Assembly (NCBI GenBank): GCA_001179505.1
Contig: CDMY01000603.1
Span: forward strand, 186,001-250,000
Direction: 5' to 3'
Length of the DNA: 64,000 bases
From: Vitrella brassicaformis CCMP3155
Taxonomy: Eukaryota > Protista > Chromerida
Positions 37,613-50,167 of this stretch are shown here, in pieces. A model generated the notes under the pieces. That model was not told the origin of the DNA. It did no database searches and saw only the letters and a program-made list of their open reading frames with translations. Within the stretch, counting starts at the first letter, position 1; each line of letters begins with the position of its first letter. The translations under genes and the position numbers were made by a program.

Positions 37613-37937
37613 TCAGTGGCCCCGCCCCCCATTCGCGTACCGTCGTCTCCTTGGGCTTTCTTCCTCCAAAGCCTCCTGCAGAGCACACAAGACAAGCAGG
37701 ATTGCAGATGAGAGAGTCTCATCTGTGTGTGTTTGTTCGGTTGAGCTCACAAGTGCGCCCGGCTGTGCCTCGAGGTCTGTCTCGGCGGCTTCAGCCTTGG
37801 CAACGGCCTCCTTCAGCTTCTGAGCCTCAACGCGGCGCTTCATACGACGCCTGAGACACAGACAGACAGAGAGACAGACAGACAGACAGACAGGCAGAGA
37901 CACACGATGGCTGAATCTAGGGATGAAAAGCTTGTGG

Positions 37938-37973
<36 letters not shown>

Positions 37974-39228
37974 TGAGTGTGTGTGTACCTCCTGGCGTGC
38001 CAGCAGCATGCGGCCATAGTGAGGATCAAGAAGGTGCCGGTGCCGACTATACCAATGATCACCGGCACTGCGTTCGTTGATGAAAATGGATAAAGCAAGC
38101 ATGCGCAAATGGTCGACCGGCCTCCCTGCCTGTCCCTCTTCTCTGAGCTACTGTACCTGTGAAGAATCCCTCAGGGCATCTTCTCATCCTGTTCCAGATC
38201 TCCTCAATCGTGTTGTCGTCGTTGTCCGTTATCAGACAACCTGCACATGCACACGAAGCGACAGGATGACAGCGAAGAACGACTACATCAAACATAGTGT
38301 CAGAGCCTGCCAACCGTTCTCGCACGGCTTGCCCCCACGGAGCTTCTCGCACTCCTGCACGTATGACACAACGGCACAAGCAACAGAGGTGGATGGTAAG
38401 TGCATGTCCGCTTTCTCCAGTTTGCTCCGTCCGTCCGTTTGTCACCTTGACGACATCTTCATAGGTATCCCAAAAGGAGCTGTTGTGGCCTCGTACGGAG
38501 TTGTGGACCAGCTCGTGCAGCACGGTGCCGATCACCTGCTCGTACGGCACGAAGTCATCGTTGTTGAATCGCACCCGGACCTGACCCACAGCATAGAAAT
38601 ACCTGCAGCGGATGTGTGTGGCGTGTGCCTTCTTCCTGTGGGGCCAAGCCAGTACAAACCTTGACTTCCTCTCCCTGGTTGACATTGAGCCCCAGCAGTG
38701 ACTTCTTGCTGGGCTTGAACTCGCGCATCAGATACACCGACCACTGACGATTGCACATGATGGGGCGCACCTGCAGAGAAAGCAACGAGGCCAACCAACC
38801 AACCAAACTGCAATCAATATGTGTGTGCACGCATCGATTTCTTCCCATGAGCTGACTGACTGACTGACCAGGTTGGTGGCGTCCCTGAGCATCTGCATGG
38901 CCTTGCGGTCGTTCCTGTACCCCTCGGTTTTGATCTCCCGCACCACATACGGGTCGCAAGACTCACTCAGCTCCCGCCACGCCCCACCTCCCGGATCTGA
39001 GTCACCTATCGTCCTCTGATCTTCAGCATCACATGTGCGTGCCAGCACCAACACTGCCGTCGCAAAAAGGGCCCTCTGCAGCAGCTGGGCGAATGCCGAG
39101 TGGCTTCTCCTTCTTCGACGTTTGTTTGGCTGCGGTTCATCGGGTGTTGGGGGAGTTGGGATGGCAGTGGGGGCCTCCACATCAGACACTGGGGAAGCGG
39201 GGGCTGGCCTGGCTTGACGACGGCGCAT
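37613..39228 (-). CDS. WLM (Wss1-like) zinc metalloprotease with signal-peptide-like segment and C-terminal transmembrane helix
   Basis: VRPIMCNRQWSVYLMREFKPSKKSLLGLNVNQG, FVPYEQVIGTVLHELVHN (HExxH). Hydrophobic ALFATAVLVLARTCDA near the N-terminus. VPVIIGIVGTGTFLILTMAACCW followed by RRRMKRR. Confidence 0.85.
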
Positions 39229-39349
39229 TGATTGCACCTCTCAGCTGAAGGGAACTGAAGGGAGGCGCAGCTCGCAGCGAGTGCGAGCTAAAGAGGGCAG
39301 ATCTCCCGATGGCGAAAGAAGCGTCTGGGCCAACTTGAGGGCTGCCACG

Positions 39350-40669
39350 ATGATGACGGGCCCTTGCTGGGCCAGATCCCTCCTCGCCCTTCTATTTTTG
39401 GCGACCGCGGGCTTCTCTGCCGCTTTCGTGCCGCACTCTCTTCCACGCGGCGGCTCCATGTCTGCATTCCCCTCCGCAATGCGTCGCCGCTCGGTCCGCA
39501 TGTCGGCCGCTGCAGAGGTCGAACAGACGAACAGGGTGCGCCCACTGCAGGGCCTGGAGGAGGTGCAGGCAGCCATTGAGAAGGACAGCGGTGTCAACGT
39601 CATCTCAGTGGTGTTCATCCAAGCCAAGTGGTGCAAGAACTGCGCAGCCACGCGGCCCGTCCTCGAGGGGCTCGCCAAGGAGTGCGCAGAGGCCAAGACG
39701 CCAGTCAGCTTCTACTCCATCGACTTTGACGAGAGCAAGACAGCCATGACCGACATAGCACCGACCTTATCACGGCTGCCGTGGTGCCTCCTGTACGCCG
39801 CCGGCAGCGTGACGGCGTCAGAGAGCTTCGCGTGTGGCGAGTCGAAGGTTTACGGCGTGCTGAAGCCGCTGATTGACCTGTATTCCGGTCAGAAGGCTGG
39901 AGGGAGGGGAGGGGGTGAGTCGGTGGAGGTTGGTGTGACGCTCAAGCAGGAGCAGGAGAGCGAGCAGGAGCTGATGGAGGCGCTGAATGAGGTGTCGTCA
40001 CCCGCTGTCACTAAGATGTTTAACGATCTTTACAAACCACAGCCAGGTCAGCCACATGAACACGAACCACACGTAACCATCCACCCCACCTGCCCATTTC
40101 TGCCCATCTGACAGGGAAGCGGATCATCGGTGGGCTGCTGCTCGACACGCCGAAGGACGAGCTCGAGAAGCTGCCGGACCCGTCAGAGCTGGAGGCCCTT
40201 CGCAAGAAGGCGGCATCAGATCTGATCAACATCGGCGCGGACGAGAGGCGGCGCCGTGCCATCGCCGGGGCGGCCTCGGCGCTCGCCACCCTGGCCATTG
40301 GGTTCGCCTGTGTGAAGACGGGTGCATCACCACTCGCCAGGTTTGGTGCCGTCATTGTGCCGACATTCTTCACGGTTGGGTTCTCGCTGAGCGCCAAGGA
40401 GGGCCTCTGAAACGTCGCGCAAGCAGGTCGGCCGGCGCACAGCAGTGACTGCTGATTGCCTGTGATGTGTCATCTGTGTGGTGTGGCGGTGTGTGTGTGT
40501 GTGTGTGTGTGTGTCAGGGCTTTGGGACATCGGCAACGGTCTCGAGCGCATTGACGACAAGAATGTCGCCAAGGCCCTGCTTGCGAAAGTCAACAAGATG
40601 AACGCCCAAGGGCTCATCTACTCGGCAGTTGCAGCTGCACTTTTTGCAGTGGTCCCGTTCCCCAACTAG
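39350..40669 (+). CDS. Plastid-targeted thioredoxin (WCKNC) fused to a membrane domain containing an in-frame TGA; predicted selenoprotein
   Basis: Exons 39350-40046, 40115-40426, 40518-40669. Signal peptide ending SAA|FV followed by a Ser/Arg-rich transit peptide. TGA at 40408-40410 in EGL-U-NVAQA|GLWD, with the frame staying open across an in-phase intron to TAG at 40667-40669. Confidence 0.85.
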
Positions 40670-40748
40670 ATCCCACTTGACGAGGGAAATGGTCTGAGAA
40701 TGAAGTGGCGAGAGTTGGGCGGCGTGACGCATGTGGCCGCTGTGCTAT

Positions 40749-40819
40749 GGGGCCGACGAGTGAGGCGGGGGGCATAAAGTACGGGAGACGTACGTGTCCT
40801 TTGCTGAGAGGATGGCCCC
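40749..40819 (+). promoter_or_regulatory. SECIS element (type II, GUGA variant)
   Basis: Helix I GGGGCC 40749-54 / GGCCCC 40814-19. Core G-TGA 40760-63 / T-GA-G 40805-08. Helix II 40765-75 / 40794-804, fully paired with G-U wobbles. Unpaired AAA 40776-78. Mini-stem GTACG 40779-83 / CGTAC 40789-93. Confidence 0.88.
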
Positions 40820-41507
40820 GGGCGCAGATTGCCTGCTGCTGTCTGGCTCTCTCTCTCTGGGCGTGGAAGGCTGTTGTGTTGCAGTCAGTGTGTTGTAGTG
40901 CGGTTGGTGAGTGTCTGTACTTCCTTGCAAGGTTGTGCTGTGACAACAGACCCGTATGTATACGCTATCTGTTATGCGAACGGGTCAACGTGATCGTGTC
41001 AGTCCGTCGGAGAAGGTGCGAAAGGTGTCTGTCTGTCAAAAGGCGGCGGTGGCCAGCTACACCAGACTAGAAAAGCCTACACACATCCGTAAGTATCGAC
41101 ATTTGAGAACTCACACACACATGTCATGTCATGCACTCAGCAGCTGCGTACACACACCATTCGATTCATTACACAGGCAGCCGTGCAGACAGACTGACCA
41201 AGAACCCCACCCACCAAAAATACCGCAGCACAGTGCAGAAAGCTATTCACACATTCATTCACAGTCACACAGGCCGTGTTAGCAACCCACCCGCCCCACC
41301 CCATCCCACCCGCCACCATGGCATGCATGCATCAAAATCTTCAAAACCCGACAAACGGTCAAAACTGCTCCATCGGTCGGTCGCCCATCCATCCGTCCAT
41401 CCATCCACATGTCGGTGGGCAGGGCAGCAACTGAGCTGCTGCTATACTGAGCGGCTATCAACACACAGCCACACACACGGCACCCATTCCATTCTCTGGC
41501 GCCTCTC

Positions 41508-43542
41508 TCACACGAACACGTCACCGAGGCCAGCTGTCTCGTCCCCGTTGTTGTATGTGTATCGTGTGTGTGGTGGCCGTGTGTCGTTCTTGTACGTCAG
41601 CACGTCGTGCCGCCGGTTGTATGTGGACGTGCCGTAGTCGCCTTTGACGTGTGAAAGCATGATCATGATGCCCATGACTCCCGCATAAGCCCGGTCCCGT
41701 TTGTAAAACACGCGCATGCGCATCTCGGTGTTGGCCGGGATGACACGCTCGCCCTCTTCGTAGACACACGGAGCAATCCGCGACACATACCTGATGTGAC
41801 AGACAGCAACAAGGTGGGTGGGTGGATGTGTGTGTGTGTGTGTTGCGTGTGTGTATGGTGGTGTGTCCACCCACCCCAGCTCGTCTCCCGGTGCGTCTGG
41901 CTGTGTGCCATAGAGAGCGGGGGTGACGCAGAAGTCGTCACGTGTCTGCGGCAATTCCAGAGTGACGTTTATTGAGCCGATGTGGATGTGCCCTGATTGA
42001 TACAGACAGACACACACACAGTCAGACAGACACAGAGAGTGCAAGGCCACCAACATTGCTGCCCTGCCGAGCTATGGCGTACCCCGGATATAGGCGATCT
42101 CCATCTCTCGTCCGGTGGTCATCGTGACCTCCTTCACATCAACACAGTCTGGCGAAGCATCGCCATCGCCCACTGCGCCACCCTCCAGGCCACGCAGCGC
42201 ATTGACAGCAGCATCGGCATCATGATGTGTGTGTGTTTGGTGGCATGGCGGTACGTCATACTCGATGCGGCACTGGATGACATCCACCACGACCACCCGC
42301 ACCGGCTTGGTCTCCGGCGTGATCCGCCCGTATGTCACGGAATACTTCAACCGATACTCCTGTGCACACACACACGGGGAGAGGACCATCGATGAAGGCA
42401 CCCACACCACAGCAGGCTGCTTCGTGTATGGTGTTGTGTTGTGTTGTGGTGGTGCCTGCCTTCGGGTGCGGCCCCTGGCCGAAGAGGTTCTGGGGCCGTG
42501 GGGCGCGCAGGTGTGGCGGCACGGGAGGGCTGGGCTGCACACTCTCAGACACGAACGGGTCGTAATGCGTCACACAGTGGGTGCCGTCGGTGCAACACGC
42601 CACACCGCCAGTGGTGCCGTCTGCACGGCGAGAGAGAGAGAGAGAGATGGCCTGTCCGTCAACCATTCTTCATTCGTGTGGGCATCTCTCTCATCTCTTA
42701 TGTACCTGGTTGGCAGTGACACTCGATGCAGGCCTGAACGTCCGATACGTTGTCGGTGCGCAAGATGTGAACGTTCGCCAGCCACACCTCATCGCCTGAA
42801 CAATACCCCACACACACACCTAAGCTGCATTGCATGCCTCACTCGGTCTTCCGTGCAATGGCGACCCACCCACCTGATGTGGTGACGGCGTAGGGCGCTT
42901 TGAGCGTCACAGGTGTCCCACGCGACTCAGCACCTATGCCGAACATCTGTGGCAAGTCACGACACGGACCTGACAGAGCAATGGACAGCAACAAGCAAGC
43001 CCAATGAGTGACACACACGCCTGGCCTACACCACACCACACACACGTACCTGCGTTCGGCAGGAGGGTGGGTGGGCCGTGGGGGTCTGTACGGTTGGGTA
43101 GGATGGGGAAGACCAGCCAGTGGTGCAGATACACACTCGACAGCGGCACGGACGCATTATTTTCATCGACAATCTCAGCGTGGAAGCCACGGATGGCAAG
43201 AGGCCCTGCACAGAAGAAACACACACACACATTCAGAGGCCCATCTATGCTTTTCTGTGAGAGGGTGTGCATCTGACCTTTGGGCATCTTGAGAGTGGTC
43301 TCCCACGGCAGGCTGTTGAGCACATCGCCAGGCCGCAAAGAGAAAGGCCGGCTCACAAAGGTGTCGGTCACATCAGTGACATCACCACCACCACTATTCC
43401 CATCTTTGCTGCGTGTCGTCTCGTGCAGGTCGAACAGGAAACGGGGCGACGCCGACAGTCCCTGTGCTTCAATCTCCGACGCCGTCATGTGACCCGACGC
43501 CCCGGCAACCAGGAACAAAAAGACCAAGATGAAAGCAACCAT
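41508..43542 (-). CDS. Secreted SURNod19 (stress up-regulated Nod 19)-like protein
   Basis: Signal peptide [17 protein letters not shown]; [47 protein letters not shown]...GDELGYVS, YAGVMG. Confidence 0.75.
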
Positions 43543-43802
43543 CGCTCCCTCGCCGATGAAATGGATCAGAACGGTTCCGTAATACTGCAAAAACACCTGT
43601 TTGTGCCAAAGGATTTCCTACCTCATGCGAGCTCAAGCTTGCAGCGACAGAACGATTCGTGACTCTGAGATCTGATCTTGAGAGATTGCGCAGTCCTGGA
43701 CTGCGCCAGTGGATGCTCTTGCGTCACACGAGAGCACCAGCCACAGCCACAAACGTTCCACCACCACATCTCCGCCTGACCCGCCCGCGTCAGATCTGCC
43801 TC

Positions 43803-46800
43803 ATGGCGACCACAAACGGCACCGCCCCCGCACCCACAGCCACCGCCAGCAGCTCCACAGGCGGCCACAGCTTCGCCCGCCGTGACAAGCTTCTCAGCAT
43901 CGAGAAGTCGGTCCAGCAGCTCTGGCAGGAGGGCGACGTCTACACCGAGAGTGCCCCGCCGGAGCCGTGGAGCGACCAGAAGAACGAGGAGAAGTTCTTC
44001 GTGACATTCCCTTACCCGTACATGAATGGCCGTCTGCATCTCGGCCACGCCTTCTCGCTCACCAAGGCGGAGTTCCAGGCACGGTTCCAGCGGACTCAGG
44101 GCAAGAGGGTGCTGTGGCCATTCGGATTCCACTGCACAGGTACGTGACGTGACGTGACGGCAGGAACAGCATGACATGGGTGGCGGGCTCACTGATGAAT
44201 GAATGGTTCGCTCTATGCTATGTGTGTGCGAGTGGGTCCTTTCAGGCATGCCAATCGCGGCGTGTGCGGACAAGCTTAAGCGTGAGATCGTTGAGATGGC
44301 TGCAGAGAGGGAGGGGGCGAAGGAAAACGACTGCGAGCAGACCAACGGAGCGGCCGCAGCAGCAGCAGCAGCACCCGCGCCAGAGACCACCACTGATGGC
44401 GACCTGACCAAGTTCAAGGGCAAGAAGTCCAAAGCCGCCTCCAAGGCGGGCAAGGCGGTGCGTACACACACACGGAAACGGACACCCACGCACACAGAGA
44501 AAGAAGCACTTGCTGGTCATTGATGGGTTAATTCCATGATATTATGTGTGTGTGTGTGTGCAGAAAGGGCAATGGGAGATCATGGTGTCTATGGGAGTGC
44601 CCGAGAGCGACATCCCTGAGTTCGCCGAGGCGGGGCACTGGCTGCAGTACTTCCCCCCTCTCGCCGTCGAAGATCTCAAGATCTTCGGCATGGTAAATGA
44701 ATGCGCCCATCCATCCATCCGCTGCGTGTCCAGTGTACCGATGTCAACATGTATGTGTGGCGTGTGCTGTCACCTGTTTGAACAGGCCGTCGACTGGCGG
44801 CGGTCGTTCATCACCACTGACGCCAACCCCTACTACGACGCCTTCATCCGGTGGCAGTTCAACAAGCTCAAGGTACCTACCTTAGATCTAACCCTTCTGA
44901 ACAGCACTCATGGTGGATATGTGTGTGTGTGTGTGTGACAGGCCGCGAACAAGATCAAGTATGGCAAGCGCCATTCCATCTTCAGCCGTATCGAGGGCCA
45001 GCCATGCGCCGACCATGACAGGCACGCCACGAAAGCGCAACCACCCACTGACTGTCCCACCCATCCATCCATCCATCCACACACATGACATGCCAGCTGG
45101 TGTGGTTGGTGTGTGCCGCTGTGGTGTGTGCAGGGCGTCTGGTGAGGGTGTGGGCCCCCAAGAGTACACGCTGGTCAAGATGAAGGTCCTGGAGATACCT
45201 GCCGGGTGGAAGGTATGTTTAAACACCACACACACAGCACAGACACACACACAGACACAGACAATCACGGCCTCTCTGTCTGTCTGTCTGTGCTGTGGGT
45301 CGTGTGGTGTCGGGTTGCTGTCTGTGTAGGGTGCTGTGGGTGAGAGGTCGGTATTCCTGGTGGCTGCCACGCTGCGGCCCGAGACCATGTACGGGCAAAC
45401 CAACTGCTTCGTCAAGCCCGAAGGAGAGTAAGCACCAAAGCTTTCCCCTCTCACCCACCCACCAGACCCACACCACACACATGACATGGACGCATCTGTG
45501 TGGTGTGCAGTGACGCCATCTACGGCGCCTACCTGATGAAGTCCGACGAGGTCTTCATCTGCAGCCGCCGGTCCGCCCTCAACATGGCCTACCAGGACAT
45601 CGCCATCCTCGACGACCCCATCCCGCCAGATACCCTTCCCGAGCCTCGCTGCCTCCACACCATGCACGGCAAAGAGCTGATCGGGCTGAAGCTCAGGGCG
45701 CCCCTGGCTGTGTATGACGAGGTCTATGCGCTGCCGATGACCACGATCTCAATGGACAAGGGCACGGGGGTCGTCACGAGTGTGCCGAGTGATGCGCCGG
45801 ACGATTATGCGGCTCTGAAAGACCTGCAGGTGGGGCAGAGGGGGGGGGGGGGGGGGGGGGGGGNNNNNNNNNNNNNNNNNNNNNNNNNNNNNNNNNNNNN
45901 NNNNNNNNNNNNNNNNNNNNNNNNNNNNNNNNNNNNNNNNNNNNNNNNNNNNNNNNNNNNNNNNNNNNNNNNNNNNNNNNNNNNNNNNNNNNNNNNNNNN
46001 NNNNNNNNNNNNNNNNNNNNNNNNNNNNNNNNNNNNNNNNNNNNNNNNNNNNNNNNNNNNNNNNNNNNNNNNNNNNNNNNNNNNNNNNNNNNNNNNNNNN
46101 NNNNNNNNNNNNNNNNNNNNNNNNNNNNNNNNNNNNNNNNNNNNNNNNNNNNNNNNNNNNNNNGAGAGGGCGGAGGGAGGGGGAGAATGGCGAAGTGGAT
46201 GGATGGATGTGTGTGTGTGTGTGTGTGTGTCGTTGGTAGGATAAGCACAACATGCGGAATCACTTTGGTGTGAAAGACGAGTGGTGTGACCCCTTGAGGT
46301 TCAAAGTCGTGCCAATCATCGATATCCCTGGGTGAGGGAGGGAGGGAGTGACCGTGGGCAACACACACACACACACACACACATCCGACGTGACTGACGT
46401 GTGCAGCTATGGCGACCAGGCCGCCGTCAAGCTGTACCACGACAAGAAGATCCAGTCGCAGAAGGACAAAGTCAAGCTCGCGGTCCGTCCCCAGCACACC
46501 ACCGACTCACACCCACCCCACTCATCCATCCACGCCTTTGTGTGTGTGAATGGTATGAGCAATGCAGGAGGCCAAGGAAGAGGTCTACAAGAAGGGCTTT
46601 TACGAGGGCGTCATGTTGGTGGGAAACCATGCCGGCAAGAAGGTCGAGGAGGCGAAGAACCTCGTGAGAAAGGAGCTCATAGACAGGTGGGTGGGCTTCC
46701 CACACACACAGAACAGAACTGATCACCACACACACATCCATCCATCCATCCATCTTTGCCGCCAGTGGTGACGCCGTGCCTTACTTCGAGCCCGAGAAGC

Positions 46801-49636
46801 CGGTTATGTCACGCTCAGGTGATGACTGCGTCGTCGCGCTCTGCGACCAAGTGAGCACACCGACCCTTACACACCACTCGCACCCCACACACACCCCACA
46901 AACACACGTGTGTATGTGGGCGTCTCCCCTCCCTGCCTCCCTCCCTCCCCATTGGTTCATGCAGTGGTACCTCGACTATGGCGAGGACTCTTGGCGCACA
47001 TCCGTGGAGAGCCACGTGTCGTCCCCCGGGACCTTCAACGCCTTCAACGCCCTCGGGCACTTCAGGGCGGTGCTGAGCTGGTTGTGTCAGTGGGCGTGCA
47101 GCCGGAACTATGGGCTGGGGAGCTTCCTGCCGTGGGACGACAAGGTGCCGGCGGATTGGGGTGATGGACTGGACGTGCATCTCTCTCTGTGTCTGTCTAA
47201 GTGCGTGTGTGGCTGTCACTCAGGTGGTGATTGAGTCCCTCTCTGACAGCACCATCTACATGGCCTACTACACCATCGCACACATGCTACACGTACACAC
47301 ACACACACACACGCACAGCCGGGCCACACAAATCAGAGAAGGAGGAGGACACACTCTGGAGATGTGTGTGTGTGTGTGTGTGTGTTTGTCAGGGCGACAC
47401 GTCAAACCTGGATGGGTCGAAGCCGAGCCCCGCGAGCGTCAAGGCCGACCAGCTCACCGACGAGGTCTTCGACTACATCTTCCTGCAAACAGACACACCG
47501 CCACAAAACACGTCCATCCCCACAGACAAACTAGACGTCAGCAGGCAGAACAGAACACGCCTGTGGCCACCATACCATTTGCATGCCCACCTCTGTGTCT
47601 GTGTCTGTGTCCCATCAGCTGATGCGTCGTGAGTTTGCGTATTGGTATCCGATGGACCTGCGGTGTTCGGGCAAGGACCTGATCAACAACCACCTCACCA
47701 TGGCACTCTACAACCACGCAGCCATCTGGGACAAACGCCCTGACCTCTGGCCGAAGTAGGACAATGCGCCGCGCCATCCCTCTCGTCCCGTGGTGTGTGT
47801 GTATGTGTCTGCATGTGTTGGCAGGGCGTTCTTCACGAACGGCCACGTGATGGTGGACAACGAGAAGATGTCCAAGTCTGTGGGCAACTTCCTGACCCTC
47901 AAGCAGTCGGTCGAGGAGTTCACCGCCGACGCCACGCGACTCGCACTGGCTGACGCGGGAGACGCACTCGAAGACGCCAACTTTCAAAGGTCGTTTCGCA
48001 TGGCATGAAGAGGGGAAGAGCTGAGCTGCCTTAGTCCATGAGTGTGTGCGTGTGTGTGTATGTGTGTGTGTGCAGGAAGGTTGCCGAGACGGCGCTCCTC
48101 CGTCTTTGGAATTTCGAGCAGTTCGTTGCCGAGACCGTCAAGAGGCGTGACGACCTGAGGTACAAACACACACGCACAAACACACACACACACCCAGAAC
48201 ACGCACTCATCCACATGGACGGATGGATGTGTGTGTGCAGGAGTGGCCCCAAGACGTTCGTTGATGAGATGCTCATCAACGAGCTCAAGATCCTGGTCAA
48301 CGACGCGCGGAAATCCTACGCCGGGTTGGTGTACCGCGAGGCCCTGCGGTGCTCCTTCTACGACATGCAGGCCATGCGCGACGCGTACAAGACGCTCGTG
48401 GGCAACGAGGACATGCACCGGGAGGCCATTCAGCTGTGGATGGGTTAGACTGACGGCAAAGAAAAGCGGCCAGACAGTGAGTGCATGGGCGTGTGTGTGT
48501 GTGTGTGTTTTCAGAGTGGCATGTGTTGGCCTTGTCGCCGATCTGCCCCCATATCTGCGAGCACATCTGGACAAACATCCTCACGAAGCCCAACCTCATC
48601 GTCAGGGAGCCCTGGCCCACCTTCTCGCCCCCTGACCCAATCATGCACCGGTCGGTACACGGAGACACACACCACCACGCACCAATCCAATCCATGGCAC
48701 GATCGATGTGTGTAATGATTAATGTGTGTGTTCAGCAAGTACGCGACGCTCAAGCGGAGCCTCGAAGACTTCCGGAAGATGCGCGAGAAGGCCGAGAAGA
48801 CCAACCAAAAGTCCAAGAACACCGAACCACTCAACAAAGCGGTGGGCAGGCATCACACATGACATGACTGAATGAGCCGTCTCACTCACGTGTGTCTGTC
48901 GTTTGGCCGTCATGTCAGGTGATCTACGTGGCGAGCGAGTACCTGGGTTGGCAGCAGCAGGTGCTGCAGGTGCTGCAGACCATCCCTCTGGACCAGAACA
49001 GCAAGCCCCCGCCGCCCAAGGAGTACATGGAGATCCTCAAGAACAGCCCGGCCCTCCAGGCCTTCGAGAAGAAGCTGCTCAAGGACGCCCTGAGCTTTGC
49101 GGACTTCCAAATGAAGGTGGGCAGACGGACAGACACATGTGTGATGTGCTGCTGTCCTTCTCTGTGGTTCATTCAGGAGGTGCATGAGCGTGGCCCCGAC
49201 GCCCTGGACCTCAACCTGCCATTCGACGAGAGGGTCAGTGAGTGGACTCAGGCGGGATGCTGGGGTGGATGTGCGGATTGCGTGTGTGTCTGTGTGTGTG
49301 TGTGTGTTGTGTGCAGGAGCTGCTGCTGAGCTTCAAGGACTACATCTCGTCGTCACTCAAAGTAGAGGGTGAGCGAGCCACCGCACCACACCACACCACA
49401 CGACACACACGACAGTGAGGCTGGCTGTCGTGTGTGTCGTATGGGTCCTGCAGACATCGAAGTGGTTGATTCGGGAAGCACCCACCCCTCCGACTCATCG
49501 GACAAGTAAGCACCACTAGAGATGAAGGTGAGGTGGCGCCATCCATCTGTCGTGTGTCCGTCCATGTGGCTGCAGGCGTCTGCAAGCGGTGCCCTCCCGG
49601 CCTGTGGTGCACTTCTACTCCGGCGCCGGCGCGTGA
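43803..49636 (+). CDS. LARS1: Leucyl-tRNA synthetase, cytosolic (eukaryote/archaea type); spans the 45864-46163 gap in an intron
   Basis: [18 protein letters not shown] (HIGH motif), [62 protein letters not shown]. Confidence 0.98.
45864..46163. other. Assembly gap (300 N) after a poly-G tract inside a LeuRS intron
   Basis: N run preceded by about 25 G. Confidence 0.99.
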
Positions 49637-50167
49637 ACATGGATGCGGTCATGCTTTGCGTGACCGGATGGAAGGGTCGCTGCAGCCTGCGACCTTCGCT
49701 CATGTGGAGATGCATGTCCGGACATCCCAGTGACATCAAATTTTTGAATCTCTCGTTTTGTTTGTTTGTTTGTTTGTGCGTGCGTGCGTGTGTGTGTGTG
49801 TGTGTGAGTGTGTGTGCGCCGCCAATTGACATGGCTTTGTGTGGTGAGATGTGGGTGCTCGTCACAACATGCACTGCCGTGCAACCTGGAGTGGCTTGTG
49901 AGGTTTCGTCAATGTCTGTAAAGAAAGATCCCCTTACGGACTGGGCGTGGGCGTCCGGAATGTATCCCTCCCCCTGGTGTCTGCAGCAATCAGTCCCGCT
50001 GTGTGCCGCTGTGTTTGCAGCTCGAGTTGAACGTAACACAACAGCCCAGCCCAGCCCAGTCACCATCACAGCAATCACCCTGACGACCGTCCTTGAACGC
50101 TCTTGGTGTCTGTCGTGTTGTGTTGTGTCGTGTTGTCTTGTCTTGTCTTGTGTGTTGCGTCCCTCAG

